Assembly (NCBI RefSeq): GCF_009914755.1
Contig: NC_060939.1
Source of the DNA: the human T2T-CHM13v2.0 reference genome, Homo sapiens
Reading direction: 5' to 3' (one strand)
Length of the DNA: 64,000 bases
This document shows, piece after piece, positions 17,095 to 31,292 of the stretch (position 1 is its first letter; every line of letters starts with the position of its first letter). Under the pieces are notes generated by a model, which saw only the letters and a program-made list of their open reading frames with translations, was not told the DNA's origin and searched no databases. The position numbers were made by a program, and so were the translations under genes.

Positions 17095-17316
17095 ACAATG
17101 AGAACACTTGGACACAGGGCAGGGAACATCACACACCGGGGCCTGTCGTGGGGTGGAGGGATGGGGAAGGGATAGCATTAGGAGAAATACCTAATGTAAA
17201 TGACAAGTTAATAGGTGCAGCAAACCAACATGGCACATGTATACATACATAACAAACCTGCACGTTGTGCACATGTACCCTATAATTTGAAGTATGATAA
17301 AAATAAAAAAATAAAA

Positions 17317-17447
17317 ATAAAGAACCAACTTTTGGTTTTGTTTATTTTCCTATTATTTTTCTATTTTATTTATCTCTCTTCTGATTTCTATTTTCTTCCT
17401 TCTGCTAGTTTTGAATTTAGTATGTTCCTTTTCTAGTTTCTTAAGTT
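17317..17447 (+). repeat. Right copy of ~131-bp direct repeat flanking the L1PA (long TSD)
   Basis: Follows the L1 A-tail directly; 8 substitutions + 1 indel versus 11414-11545 by manual alignment. Confidence 0.92.
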
Positions 17448-20400
17448 GTAAAGTTAAGTTGTTAATTTGAGATCTTTTGTGTTTTTAATATAAGCCGTTA
17501 TAGCCATACATTTCCCCCTTAGCATTACCTTTGCTTCTCATAACTTTTGGTATGTTGTGTTTTTGTTTTCATTTGTCTTTAAATATTTTCCAGTTTCCAT
17601 CGTGATTTCATTTGTGATCTATTGGTTGTTTAAGAGTGTGTCGTTTAATTTTCACAAATTTGTGAATTTCCCACTTTTCCTTTTGTTATTGATTTCTAAC
17701 TTCATATCATTGTGGTTAGAGAAGATACTTTATATCTTTTAAAATCTATTGACAGTTTGTGGCCTAATATGTGATCTATCCTGAAAAATATCCCATGTGC
17801 ACTCGAGAGAAATATGCATTTTGTTATTGTTTGGGTAGAGTGTTCTAAGTATGTCTGGTAGATTTTGGTTTATGTTTTGTTCAAGTCCTCTGTTTTTTTT
17901 ATTTGTCTTCTGCCTCGTTCTACTCATTATTGAGAGCGGGGTATTGAAGTCTCCAACAATTATTGTCGAACTGTCTATTTTCCCTTTAATTCTGTTAATT
18001 TTTGCTTCATATATTTTGATGGCCTGATATAATGATATAACATTATGTGCATAATTGTTATATCTTCTTGCTGTATTGAATCTTTTTTTTTTTGAGGCGG
18101 AGTCTCGCTTTGTCGCCCAGGCTGGAGTGCAGTGGCACTATCTCGGCTCACTGCAAGCTCTGCCTCCTGGGTTCACGCCAGTCTCCTGCCTAAGCCTCCT
18201 GAGTAGCTGGGACTACAGGCATCCGCCACCATGCCCGGCTAATTTTTTGCATTTTTAATAGAGATGGGGTTTCACCGTGTTAGCCAGGATGGTCTCGATC
18301 TCCTCACCTCATGATCCGCCAGCCTTGGCCTCCCAAAGTGCTGGGATTACAGGCATAAGCCACCGCACCCGGCCCCACTGTATTGAATCTTTTTATTAAT
18401 ATGTGTCTGTCTCTGATAAACTTTTTTGAATTCAAGTCTATTTTGTCTAATATTAGTATAACCTCCTCTGTTCTCTTTTGATTTCTGTTTGAGTTACTTT
18501 TCTTTTTCTATCCTTTTGCTTTCAATCTATTTGTGTCTGGATCTAAAATCAGTCTCTTATAGACAGCATATTCTTGGAGAATATTTTCTATTCTGCCAAT
18601 ATCTGTATTTTCATTAGTGAGTTTAGTCTATTTACATTTAAAGTAATTATTGATAAGGAGGGGCTTACTTTGGTCATTCTACTATTTTCTAATGCCTTGT
18701 TGTGTTTTTTCAGCCCTTATTTTTTGTGTTACTATCTTCTTTTGTGTTTAGATGATTTTTGATGTGAAATGTTTTAATTCACTTTTCTTCTTTGGGGTGT
18801 ACATTCTATACCTCATTTTTGTGGTTACCACAGGGATTATACTTAACATCCTAAAGTTATAACATTTTAACTTGAATTTATTGGACCTTAACTTCCATAA
18901 AACACAAAACATTGTTTCTGTACAGCTCTGTCCCCACCCTTTTCAGTTATTGATATCATGTAGTTATAATTTTATACATTGCATATCCTGAAACATAATC
19001 TAGTAATTATTTTTTAATGCACAATTTCTTAAATTATATAAAAAACAAGATGCAGTATTATAAACCAAAATTACAGTTTTTGGCTTTTAGACTAACACTT
19101 AAAAAAAATTTTATTGGTCTCTTAAATCATGTAGAAAACAAAAAGTGGAGATACAGACTGTTGTTACAATAATACTAGCTTTTCTAATTGCCAGGGTATT
19201 TACCTTTACTGAGATCTTTATTTCTTTATATAGCTGTCGGTTATTGTCTACTGTCTAGTGTCTTTTCATTTAAAGCTGCAGGGCATTTTTGGCTTTTTAG
19301 CATTTCTTGCAGAGCAGGTTTAGTAGTAACAGATTTCCTCAGCTTTTGTTTAATTTGGAATGTTTTAATGTTTCCCTTACTTTCGAAGGACAGTTTTGCT
19401 AGATACAGGATTATTGGTTGACAATCTTTTTTCTTCTAGAACTTTGAATATAAGTCCACTTTCCTCTGGCCTCCAAAGTCTCTGATGAGAAATCCAGTGT
19501 TTATCTTGAGGATCTCTTGTATGTGACGAGTTGCTACTCTCTGGTTGCATTCAAAACTTTTTCTTTGTCTTCATCTTTTGTCAGTTTGATTATGATGCAT
19601 CTCGGTGTGGGTCTCTGAGTTCATCCTACTTGGAGTTTGTTAAGCTTCTTGGATGTTTATATTCATGACTTTCATCAAACTTGGGATGTTTTTGGACATT
19701 ATTTCTTCATATAATCTATCTTCCCTTTTCTCTCTTCCTCTGGACTGCATCAGTGTGTATGCTGATCTGCTTGATGGTGTCTCACAGGAACCTTAGACTA
19801 TGTTCACTTTTCTTCAATTTTTTTTCCCTTCTATTTCAGTTGTGCTATGTCCAAGTTTACTAATTATTTCTTCTGCCACTCAAATATCTCTTTGAATCAC
19901 CTAGTAAATTTTTTATTTCAGTTATTGCACTTTTCAGTTCTAGAATTTCTTTTTGGTGTCTTTATAAATTTTTCTTTCTCTTTATTAATATTTCCATTTT
20001 GTTCATACACTATTTTCTCCACTTTCTGCATATCTTCCTTTAGTTATTTGGACATCTTTAAGAAAGTTTTAAAATAAGTTTCTATTTAGTAGGTCTGCTA
20101 TCTGGTCTGGCCTTTCTCAGTGACAGTTTCTGTTAATTTACTTTTCCCTTTAAATTGGCTACACTTTCTTATTTCTCTGTATGCTTTGTGATTTTGTCAT
20201 TGTTGAAAATTGGACATTTTAATTCAATAATGTAATAACTGTAGAAATCAAATTTTCCCCCTTTCCCAGTTTTTTCTGGTTTTCTGTTTTTTATTTTTTC
20301 ATTGTTGTAGGCTATCTCCGTGCTGAGGATTGGCCTGGGGTGTAAACTTAAAGTCTTCTTATTTTCTGAGCTACAACTTTCTCTGTGTATGTGCAGTTAC

Positions 20401-20960
20401 TTTCCACTTTCCCCCTTTAATGCAGTTGCTTTAGATGTCCTAGTCTTTACTATCTGGCTCCCAAAAAGGAGGAAGATAATTAAAAGGGGAGAAATGCACC
20501 AGCCCTTTAATTACTCTGGAAATTGCTTCAGCCTGGGTTGGAGGGGCTTGCAGCAACAAGGGGAGGTGCAACAATAATGGCTGCATGCCTCTGTGTCTGC
20601 ACCTCCATGATCAGAAGCATCAGTCAATGATCAGAGCACAGATCCCCATATTTGGAAGACAAGGTCCTTTTTGCTCATGCTGGTTTCAATAAGCTATGAT
20701 CAAGCAGCTTCAGGGACATGTGCACAACTGACTGCCATTGGGATTAGGATGGGGACTGGGTAGTTGCTTCGGAGGTAAGACCTGAAATTGACCAAAATTA
20801 ACTGCAATTTACCATCTAAGCCTTCCCCTGGAAGTTGCAAGGCTTCAATAGACTCCAGAGTTTCAAAAGAGTTGTATCAGACAAATTCTGGCAGTTCAAT
20901 TGTTATCTAGATGAGGAAAAAGATTCCTGGTTCTTCCTACTCTGTCACTTTTCCAGAATT
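17448..20960 (-). mobile_element. L1M(B) LINE-1, 5' part (EN region, ORF1 and 5' UTR remnants); continuation of 8015-11545
   Basis: Antisense L1 sequence resumes after the duplication; the 17739-17927 (-) ORF has decayed EN similarity; ends in an L1M-type 5' end (revcomp gaattctggaaaagtgacagagtaggaagaaccaggaatc...). Confidence 0.78.
18083..18374 (-). mobile_element. AluY SINE nested in L1M
   Basis: Y diagnostics gcaagctctgcctcctgggttcacgcca, gttagccaggatggtctcgatc; TSD ctgtattgaatcttttt at 18071 and 18378. Confidence 0.95.
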
Positions 20961-22127
20961 CTATATATATATATATATCTAAAAACAGGATTATATACAC
21001 TGTTTTTAACTTCTTTCAATCTAATCAAGTCAACAGTTGTTCATGTCTACAATTCTTTTTGACTGAGTGATTTTTCATTGTATGACCACACAGTGATTTA
21101 TTGAACTAGTTCCCTATTATTGGACATTTTAGGTTATTTCTAGTTTTTCACCACTATATACCACACACAGAGTTATACATATCTTTGCTCACTTGTCTGA
21201 TTATTTCACTAGGAAAGAGGAAGTTAAGATTTTGAGGTGTAATTGGAATATTTAGGGGACAGAAAGTACATTAGGGAGGTAGAACTTTCTAGATATCAAG
21301 AACAGCTTGAGCAAAGACCTACAGGGGTACAAGTGCATCTCACATTCAGAAACTGTGCAACTGCAAAAATATCCATGCTTTGCTTTCTTTCAAAGTGTCT
21401 CCTGACCACTCCAGCCCTCAGTGAAATATCCATACTCTCAGATGTCCTGGGCCATGCTGTTCAGGGCTCTTCCTCATTGGCCAACGGACTTCCCCACAAT
21501 CCTAGGCTACACCCTATGCAACTGGCAACACACAGACCAATTCTTCTAGGAACCGAGGTGGCCATAAAAGGCTGGGACATATTTTAAGGACATTCACTTT
21601 ATGTCTTAAAATAGTGCCCAGTCAAAAGGAAAAATTCCATGTGTGTCTAATTCACTTGTGCAAGAAAACAAAATGGCGGGAGGGTGTCCCCACCCCCCTC
21701 CCCCGCCCTGCAACTGCATGTCTTTCTTTTTAACTTAAGAAGGGCTATTTGATGTCCCAGAAACACTTTGAGGCTTTTTATTGCCCTTGTAAACTTAACA
21801 ATAAGAGTCTAAGAGGTAGAAGTTGTTGGCAGTTCTGGGTGAAAAACCCAAGAACAAAGAAAAAAAATTCTGGTTAGATGGAGGCCGAGAATCTCAGAAT
21901 TTTGGAAGTGCTTCAGGCCGGGGTTCCAGTTTCAGGTTTTCTGGGAGGGGACACGTGGCAAAGTAGAGGTCTCTGTGCTGTGACATAGAGAGTGCCATAC
22001 CAACATGTGTTTCCCCATGATGCTAGAAACTCCCCATTGTAACCGTAGGTGAAGATCAATAAAAGGTCTCCTATCCCTTCCCCCTGCTGGTACATGGAAC
22101 TGTGCTAGGACACACAGGAAACTACAC

Positions 22128-22340
22128 CAGTGGTTCTCAGCCAGGAGTGATTTTGCCCCGTAGGAGACATTTGGCAAAGTCTAGAGGCATTTTTGGTTGT
22201 CACAACTGGAGGAGGTGGTGCTCATGGCATCTAAGTGGGTCGAGGCCAGGGATGCCGCTAGGCATCCTACAATGCACAGGACAATCTCCAACAAAGAAAT
22301 ATCCAGCCCCAAATGTCAGCAGTGCCGAGGTTGAGAATTT
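22128..22340 (+). mobile_element. MER20 hAT-Charlie MITE
   Basis: cagtggttctcagccaggagtgattttgcccc...gacatttggcaa...gaggccagggatgccgcta...cagccccaaatgtcagcagtgccgaggttgagaa. Confidence 0.9.
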
Positions 22341-24639
22341 GGAATATCTCCAAGAGCATACGTTTTACTCCATGGTAAATAATTTAAAACAGCATTTGAA
22401 ATTAAAATAAGTACATCTATTAAGGTGCAGTGAGGCAGAATAGGAATTTTTCTTCCCTTTCAAACCCTACTATCTCTCCACCAGCAACCCTTCACCCCCC
22501 TGCCCCACCATACCCTCTTTCCCCGCAAACTCATATTCCTTCTTTCTGGAGGTTAAGACTCATTAAAACCTCATTCTGAGTCTAGCAGAGCTGACATCAG
22601 GAAGGAGGCCATTTGTAATATGTCTCATGGCAGGCCTAAGGGCTCGCTGGAGGTGAGCCAGGAGGCTCTTCCTAGAAAGGCCGAGAAACAGAATGGCTGA
22701 GCCAGGTTGAAGGCCAGGAAGAGGGGAGCACTGCCTGTTTGAGTGTGTGGGGGCGATGTGGTCCAAGAGAGGTGAAGGAGTGAACAGGGAGGGTATCTTT
22801 GATGAGCTGGCAGCAGGTGGGCTCGAGGGGAGAATCAGGGAAGCCCAAGGTCCCTGTGGGAGCAGCTGAATGGGCCGACCACAGAGCTGATGTGCTCCTG
22901 ATCTTCCAGCCCTCGTATCACAGTCCATACTCGAGGGGAATGCTGCAGGCCGGCAGTGAGAGACTTGAGCCCAATTAAAGGACAATGTGCTCTGCCCATC
23001 ATTTGAGAGTCCATGTGTTATTGTCCTGTTAATAGAAGACTTTTTTCAAAAGAACAGGGAATAACCATCTTACCCTTCTGATGTTAAGAGTATAATAAGC
23101 GGTTATCATGGAATACCAAGTTACTATGAATTTTAAAGAAAAAAAAAACCCACAAGCGATTTTAAATAAATGTCAAGCTGTGGATTTGGCCCCAAGCCCC
23201 CGGGGAGCAGGAAGTGACTCTTCTATGTCCTCAGGGGAAGTTGTGGAGGTCGGAGGTGCCTGGGTAAGTCACAGGGTTTGGGTCAGATGTTGGCTCTCCC
23301 GAGGTGGGGAGTGGCAGCAGGGCAGGAGACGATGGGCTGTTAGTAGCCAGTCTCTTCCTGGGCTGGATCTGGTAAAATGAATTAGTCAAGTGGTTACCAT
23401 TTCCCTGGAGGAAATCAGAGCCAGGACCAAAAGGGTCTTTTTTCATAAAAATGTAAATAAGCAAGGAGGTGTGGCCCTCCCATCCTCTCTGTTACATGCA
23501 CTGAGACGTGGGACAGCCTTTCCCGGAGACCACCTCCTTCTTCCCAGGCTCAGCGCAGCTTCTTCCCAGGCTCTCCCATAGAGGAATTTCTCCCACAGAG
23601 CACTGTCCCCAAAACTGTGTGCTTCCAAGTGGCTGTGTCAAGCTCTGCTTCTTTCAGGGAATCTGACCTCATACAGGCCCTGAAGGGGCAGGTTTGGGAC
23701 TATGCAGGTGTCTCAGGGGCACTGAGTGTGTGAGGGGATGGAGCTGACAGGAGAAGAAGAAAACTGACTGGGGGTTGCAGGGAAGAGGAGAGAGCCCCTG
23801 CATCTTCATGGTCCTAACTCTTTTAGGGCTTGGGGAGCTGGAACATCACACCGGCTGCTCATATGGAACCCCAAAAGGATGGGCTTGAGTTCTGATCCTG
23901 CCCCGGTGACTCACAAATAATCCACACTTTCTCTCTAGACCCCAGCTTTCACATTTTACAAACCAGGACACATAACTGCTGCAGGACTGGGATTATTTGG
24001 GAGAGTTATCCTGACAGGGCCAGTTCCCCCATACCGACCTCAGGGACAGCTTCAAGGTAGACTCTGTGGGCTCCCAGCCATTTTGCCTGAGACAGTGGTC
24101 TCCCTGCATTGGAGAGCCAGGGGTGAGTCTGGTAAAATGAATGGAGAGGCTGTGTGTCAGGGAAGAGCAAGCCCTGTGGGTTACTGATATGGTATATAAG
24201 GAACGGAAGTGAGGGGGAAGACAAGGAAATCTAATTCGGTAGATGAAAGTGAGAGTGGTAATACAGAGGTTCTGGTTAAAAAAAATACAGATCTGCACTG
24301 CTGGAATGCTAAGAATTATTCCATAAGTAACCTGGGAAAGCTGTGGACATGAGAGGGAGATGGGAACACAGAGAATCAGCCAGGCCAAGTGGGATGAAAG
24401 GGGCAACTCAGAGAGTAACCCTTCCTACCGTTCCCCAGCTGGTTACTTTGATGCCTGGGGACTTTGATGCCTTAAGTTGGTCTGCCTTGCCAGGCTCCAC
24501 TCTCTGCTCTCAACCTCTCCTTGCTATTCTATTGAACTCTCCTAGTTAAATACACTCTTATGCTGCACCCCCTGCTCAAGAGCCATCAATGGCTCCCTAT
24601 GACTCTTCTCATCACTTTCAAATACTTCTCTGTGGCTTT

Positions 24640-25400
24640 CTAGCCCAATTGTTAATTCAACAAGTATGTATCCATTTTTAATTACATATTGATATTGAAA
24701 ATCTATTACACCAAGCTGAACATGATTAAATAATGGTGCAAAAGTATGAACAATGCATAGTGAATCTAACTCAGACCCTCAAATCCTCCATCTGCAGGGA
24801 CATCAGAAATATGCTTTACATATCAAATGATATGTGTAAATATTTTTCTTACAAAAATAGGGCATTATATACTTTGCTCTTCCCCTTGATTTTATCACTT
24901 ATAAATATATCTTTGAGATTACTCCTTGTTAGTACAGTGTTCCATTGTATGAGTGCACCATGGTTTATTTAATCAGACCCCAGCTAAAGACTTGGCTTTG
25001 AGTCTTTTGTCAAGATAAGCAATACCACTACAGACACCCTTGTACATGCCCCTTTTGCACGTGGGCAATGCACAGTTATATCTGGAGGACAAACTAGAAG
25101 CAGAGCGGCTGGATCAAAGGGCGCCTGTGTTCTATCACCTGACTGATAGAACAAATCCCCCTGCAGGGCGGGGCAGAACCTCCTCCCTCTACTCTAGTCA
25201 CCCCGTGTCCTCATCAAACGTTGTGATCTTTGCCAGCCTACTGAATGAAAAATAGCTCTTGTTTTATTTTGCATTTCTTTGATTTTGATGGAGGCTGGGT
25301 ATTTTTTCATCTGTTTCAAAGTCACCTGTATTCCTTTTTCTGTGAGCGGACTGCTTTCAAGCCCTTCGGCCATTTCTCTATGAAGTATGGAACAAATATT
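24640..25400 (-). mobile_element. Ancient L1ME-like fragments
   Basis: AT-rich decayed L1 3'-end motifs (ttccattgtatgagtgcaccatggtttatttaatca; ttgttttattttgcatttctttgatt). Confidence 0.55.
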
Positions 25401-25924
25401 TATTGATATCCAGTTACATGCCAGATAAGTCAGAGATGATCCCTGCCCACCCTCCATAATTGGACTTCATTCTCCCTTATTAACCGTTAGCCGTTACCTG
25501 CCCTCCCCAAACCGTGACTCTAATCAGGTCCCTTGGGAGTTTCACAGACTCGCTTGGCCATCTGGAGTCAACAAGGCAAAGGCATTTGTGTGTGTGTGTG
25601 AACACGAGAGATGAGAATATCTCCCTTTTGTATTATCATCCTTCAATATCTACTATAACTAATTACGAAAGTAATGCATCTTCTTGGTAGAATGTATAGA
25701 TGCTATAGAACAGTATAAATGAGAAAAATTTTTAAATCCCATGTGATTCCAGTCACACTGCAATAAACATCTCTGAGCCACTTCCTTCAATGTTGTTCTC
25801 TGCATATTTGTGTCCTTTTATAAAACTGGCATCATACTATACATACAGTTTGGTTTTTAAAATCTTTTTTGACTTAATACTATGTCATTGTAAATTCTAA
25901 AATTATTCAAAAGCCTCTTTTTAT

Positions 25925-26671
<747 letters not shown>

Positions 26672-26899
26672 CAAAAACCTCATTTTTATTGGCCAACAAA
26701 TTCTTTCACAGGTATGTTCCAAAATTTATTTAATCAACCCCTTTGTTCCTGTATCTTGTTTATTCTCTCCCTTCCCTCTCTCATTCCTCCTTTCCTTCCA
26801 CTTCCTACACAAATACATGCTTATATCTCCATTTCCTTCCTGTGGATTTCTAGGAAGGTATTTAACAGATCAAAGGGTGTAACATTTTTATGGCTGTTG

Positions 26900-27370
26900 A
26901 TTTGTTGGCTTGGCTAGTTCAAAACATATTCCACCTCCTCTTAGGATGTCTAGATATTAGACAGCTAACAACTGAGACCTCCCTCCAGCATGGATTCTAG
27001 ATATGATTTAGGCTCCGCTAATGAGATGAACTTCTGCAAGTGTGAGTCAAAGCTAGTGATTCAGGGGAATGGCAGGGGGGTGGGGCCCCCATTTTGCTAG
27101 CACAGATCAGAACTGAGGGGCATGGCTCTGGAGCCAAGAGTTATGGTGATCATTCGTATTCTGGAACTTTGTGATCAAGGCAGAGGCAGCAGTTCTGTTG
27201 GCAGCCAGGCCAGCATTGTGTTTTTGGAACTCATTCCTGGAAGCCCAGCCTAGGATGCATTACTTCTACCTCCCAATGAGTCTGCAAGCTATCTAGTCTC
27301 CTAATAAATCTCTTTCTGCTAAAAGTAGCTGAGTGTATTCTGTTGTGTACAACTAAGATCACTGAAGTCC
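26900..27370 (+). mobile_element. LTR33-like (ERVL) solo LTR
   Basis: gattctagatatgatttaggctccgctaatgagatg...aataaatctctttctgctaaaagtagctgagtgtattctgttgtgtacaactaaga resembles recalled LTR33. Confidence 0.65.
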
Positions 27371-27489
27371 CTGTTTGTCAAAATGTCCTCCAGGAAGGTT
27401 GGACCAATGTAGAGTTCCACTAAGTGTGAGAAGATGAGAAGCTGAGAGCATTTCAGGGGAAGCTGATACTCTCTTCCAGGGATGGGTAG

Positions 27490-27529
27490 TGTATTAGTCA
27501 GTGTTCTCCAGAGGGACAGAACTCATAGA

Positions 27530-27573
<44 letters not shown>

Positions 27574-28005
27574 ATACACACACATATATATATATACACA
27601 CACACTCACACACATATATAAACATGGGAGTTTCTTAAGTATTAACTTTCACGATCACAGGGTCCCACAATAGGCTGTCTGCAAGCTTGAAGAGCAAGGA
27701 GAGCCAGTGCCAGTCTCAAAACTAAAGAATTTGGAGTCCAATGTTCGAGGGCAGGAAGCACCCAGCATGGGAGAAAGATGTAGGCTGGGAGGCTAGGCCA
27801 GTCTCATCTCTCTCATGTTTTTCTGCCTGCTTTATATTCGCTGGAAGTTGATTAGATCATGCCCACCAAATTTAGGGGGGATCTGCCTTCCCCACCACTG
27901 ACTCAAATGTTAATCTCTTTTGGCAATACCCACACAGACACACCCAGGATTCATATTTTCTATCCGTCAATCCAGTCAAGTTGACACTCAGTATTAACCA
28001 TCATA
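27490..28005 (-). mobile_element. MLT2A (HERV-L) solo LTR with internal (TG)n/(TA)n/(CA)n
   Basis: tgtattagtcagtgttctccagagggacagaac...ggcaggaagcacccagcatgggagaaagatgtaggctgggaggctaggccagtc...gtattaaccatcata; TSD ggtag/ggcag. Confidence 0.92.
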
Positions 28006-28069
28006 GGCAGTCAGGGGTTTTCTTAAAAAAGTGACATTAGAACTGTGATCCTGGCCTAGGTGGTCAGTG

Positions 28070-28290
28070 TGGGTGCTTGGTTTTTGAGCACTTACCGTGT
28101 GCCAAACCCTTTACATACATCAATCTTATCACCCTTGCAAACACTCTATGAGAGATGCAATATTATCCTCATTTCACAGAAGCCAAAACTGGGCTCAGAG
28201 AGGTCATTTGACTTGCTCAAGGGCACAGAGCTAATTCACAGAGAAGATGGGACACCAATTCAAGTTAGATGGATCCCAAAATCGACGCTA
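28070..28290 (-). mobile_element. MIR SINE
   Basis: ttgagcacttaccgtgtgcc...tattatcctcatttcacagaag...aaactgggctcagagaggtcatttgacttgctcaagggcacagagcta. Confidence 0.8.
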
Positions 28291-28635
28291 GCCTCGTGGC
28301 CGTGGACTACCTTGGCTAATGGCCAATGGATCTACCTCCCATCCTCAGGGTTTATTTGGCTTTCCGCAGGCACTGGCGACTGCCCCTGGCTGCCTCTCTG
28401 AATTCACGTCACATCACAACAGCTTGCCTGGCACTTGTTTCCTCAGTTGCTGTTTCCTGGAGCTCCTTCCATCAGGGTGGGTCTTTCTGACCTGCAAGTC
28501 CCCTCCATACCTCATAAGCCTTGGGCAGATGCTCAGTGAGTATCCACAGTATGGACGAAAAATGATTCAACAGCTTCCTGCACCCAAACCAGGTCAGACC
28601 ATCGGGGCTTGAGGAGTATTACAGAGTGGCAGGAG

Positions 28636-28860
28636 TAATAATAGCTAACATTCTCCAGGCACCCCCAGTGTGTCCAGCCACTATACCGAACACTTCACAT
28701 AGGTGCTCTCATTCACTCCTCCAAACGACCCTGAGAGATAGGATTGAGGTTTCTGTTTCACAAGTTCAGAGAAGTCAGATAATTTGGCCAGGGTCACACA
28801 GCTGGTAAATGCTGAAGTCCAGACACAACCCAGCTCTGTTTGACTCTAGAGCCCAGAGTT
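28636..28860 (-). mobile_element. MIR SINE
   Basis: aataatagctaacatt...gttcagagaagtcagataatttggccagggtcacacagctggtaa. Confidence 0.7.
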
Positions 28861-28869
28861 AAACATGTG

Positions 28870-29550
28870 ATCATGGGAAAAATGGCAAGTGCGCAGTTGA
28901 GAAGGCTCTGGACACTGCCTCAACTAAAAGTTACTCAAGCTTAACATCCCCTGCAAGGGGTGAATGGATGGGCCCCCAGTAGACTGCCCTGAGAAGGACT
29001 TGGCACCCTGTCTGTGATTTTCCTGCCCAAAGTGCATGACTTGAATTTAATCATGAAGAAACAGCATCAGACATGGCCCAAGTGAGGGACACTCTACAAA
29101 ACAGCTGGTCTGCAGTCTTCACAAATGTCAAGGTCATGAAAGACAAAGAAAGATGCAGGAACTCTTCCAGAGTAAAGAGACATGGTGACCAGATGCCAGG
29201 CCTGGTCCTGGAAGGGATGGTGGACCAGAAAGGACTCGAGAGGGACAATTGACAAAACGTGAAGGTCACCTGTACACTAGCTCATGTCTTTGTTAAGTCT
29301 CCTGAGTTTGTGGATGTGGTTGTAAGAGAAAATATCCTTGTTTTTAGGAAATACATGCTGAAGCCATTCAGGTTAAAGGGAATAATCATGATAACAGCAA
29401 TCATGATGGGTATAAATAGATAGAGATAAGGCAAAAGTGGCAAAATGTTAAATTGGTGAATCTAGGTGAGAAGTATATGAGAGTTTGTTGTCCTATTCTT
29501 GTAGTATGTACTTAGGTTGAAAAAATTCAAAATAAAATTTGGAAAAAAAA
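28870..29550 (+). mobile_element. L1MC/ME-type 3' end fragment
   Basis: cctgcccaaagtgcatgacttgaatttaatcatgaagaaacagcatcagac...gtcaaggtcatgaaagacaaagaaag...ggtgaatctaggtga...ttcaaaataaaa. Confidence 0.75.
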
Positions 29551-29609
29551 AACCCTGATCTTTCCTGGAACCAATGTTTTAAGCTACAGGGAAGAGAGGA
29601 AGAATGGAG

Positions 29610-29790
29610 ATTCCTACTTACTGGGAACCTGCTATGTGCTGGGCACATACTTAAATATTTAGATGTCTACAGGGCCCCTAAGAAGTAGTGTTGCTTGTGG
29701 CCATTTTATAGATGAGGAAACTGATGCTCAGGGACCTGAAGTAACAAGCTTAGGGCACACAGCAGGTAGTGGCCCAGCAGACCTTCATGC
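29610..29790 (-). mobile_element. MIR SINE
   Basis: ccattttatagatgaggaaactgatgctcaggga...taacaagcttagggcacacagc. Confidence 0.75.
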
Positions 29791-30545
29791 CAGAGGCTAC
29801 CTGACCCCACAATCTCTCCCCTACCTCTGGGTAGAGGAGTAGTGCGGGAAGGATGTTGGGGGGATGATGACCTTGACTTCTGGTCCCAGGCTGGCCACCA
29901 TGGGCAGTAAAGGACAGAGACCACAGCCAGTGCACACCACTCTGGGGAGATGCCCGGTCCTTCCATACATGTAGCTCCAGGGAGCAGCCCTCTTGTAACC
30001 AAGGGTTACTCTGAACGCAGCTGCCATGTGAAGGAAGGAGCAGTGTCCCCAACCTGGTAGGAGCTCAGAGCAAGTTGCTCAAACTCTCTGGGAGAGACAA
30101 AGGCTGGCAACTGGGTCTGCATCTCGGCCCACCTGCCAGGAGGTTGTTGGGGAGGGGGAGAGTTGAAATGTCTGGGTGGTTGCCAAAGAGCCTACTAGGG
30201 GACAATTTCTGTTCCCCCACTGCTCTTGGGACCGAGCCCCTCTGTCCTGTCGGGGAGCTCTCCATTCTTCAGGGGCCTTGGGTCCCAGTACTGGGTGCTG
30301 CAGGCCCCTGTCGGGGAGCTCAGCCTTCTGAGCTGCATATACCTGCCTGGCGCCCCTCATCATCACCTGCCTGGGTGGGGTGGGGCCATGCAGGTGCCTT
30401 TCATAGCAGGCTCTTTGCACGTGGATCACTGACAGGCAAATAGCAGCACTATGCATGGGAGGTGGAAGGTCCTCTTCCTACCCTCAAATTTTCCACCCCT
30501 GCCTGTCATAGTGCCTGAAAGGCCTCCATTGGTACCAGGTCTTTT

Positions 30546-30898
<353 letters not shown>

Positions 30899-31129
30899 TT
30901 GGTACCAGGTCTTTTAGTTAAGGCAATGAAGGCTTCTGCTGAGATGAAATACACTGCCCAAGGTGGGGAGGATTCATGGGAGAAGGGCTCCCCAAAGCCT
31001 CCTCCTCCCTGTCATCCTCAGCTTCTTTGTCTGTAAAATACAGAGAATCATAACTCACTGGGCTTCTAGGTAGAATTTGACCTTGGTGAATTCCTCTTTC
31101 CATCTGCAAAGGGAGGCGGGTTGGATTCA

Positions 31130-31292
31130 CACAGGTTTCTTATGCATTAGAATTGCCTGGGGAGCTTTGAAACTATCACTGCCCAAGCTCCAGCCCAGAT
31201 CCCTTGAGTGAGATTTTTCTAGGAGTGGGACCCCACATCAAGATGTTTTTGTAAATTGCCAGGTGATTCTAATTTGAAGTCAGACTTGAGCG
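31130..31292. mobile_element. MER5-family hAT-Charlie MITE
   Basis: tgcattagaattgcctggggagctttgaaa...ccaggtgattctaatttgaagtcagacttgag. Confidence 0.7.
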
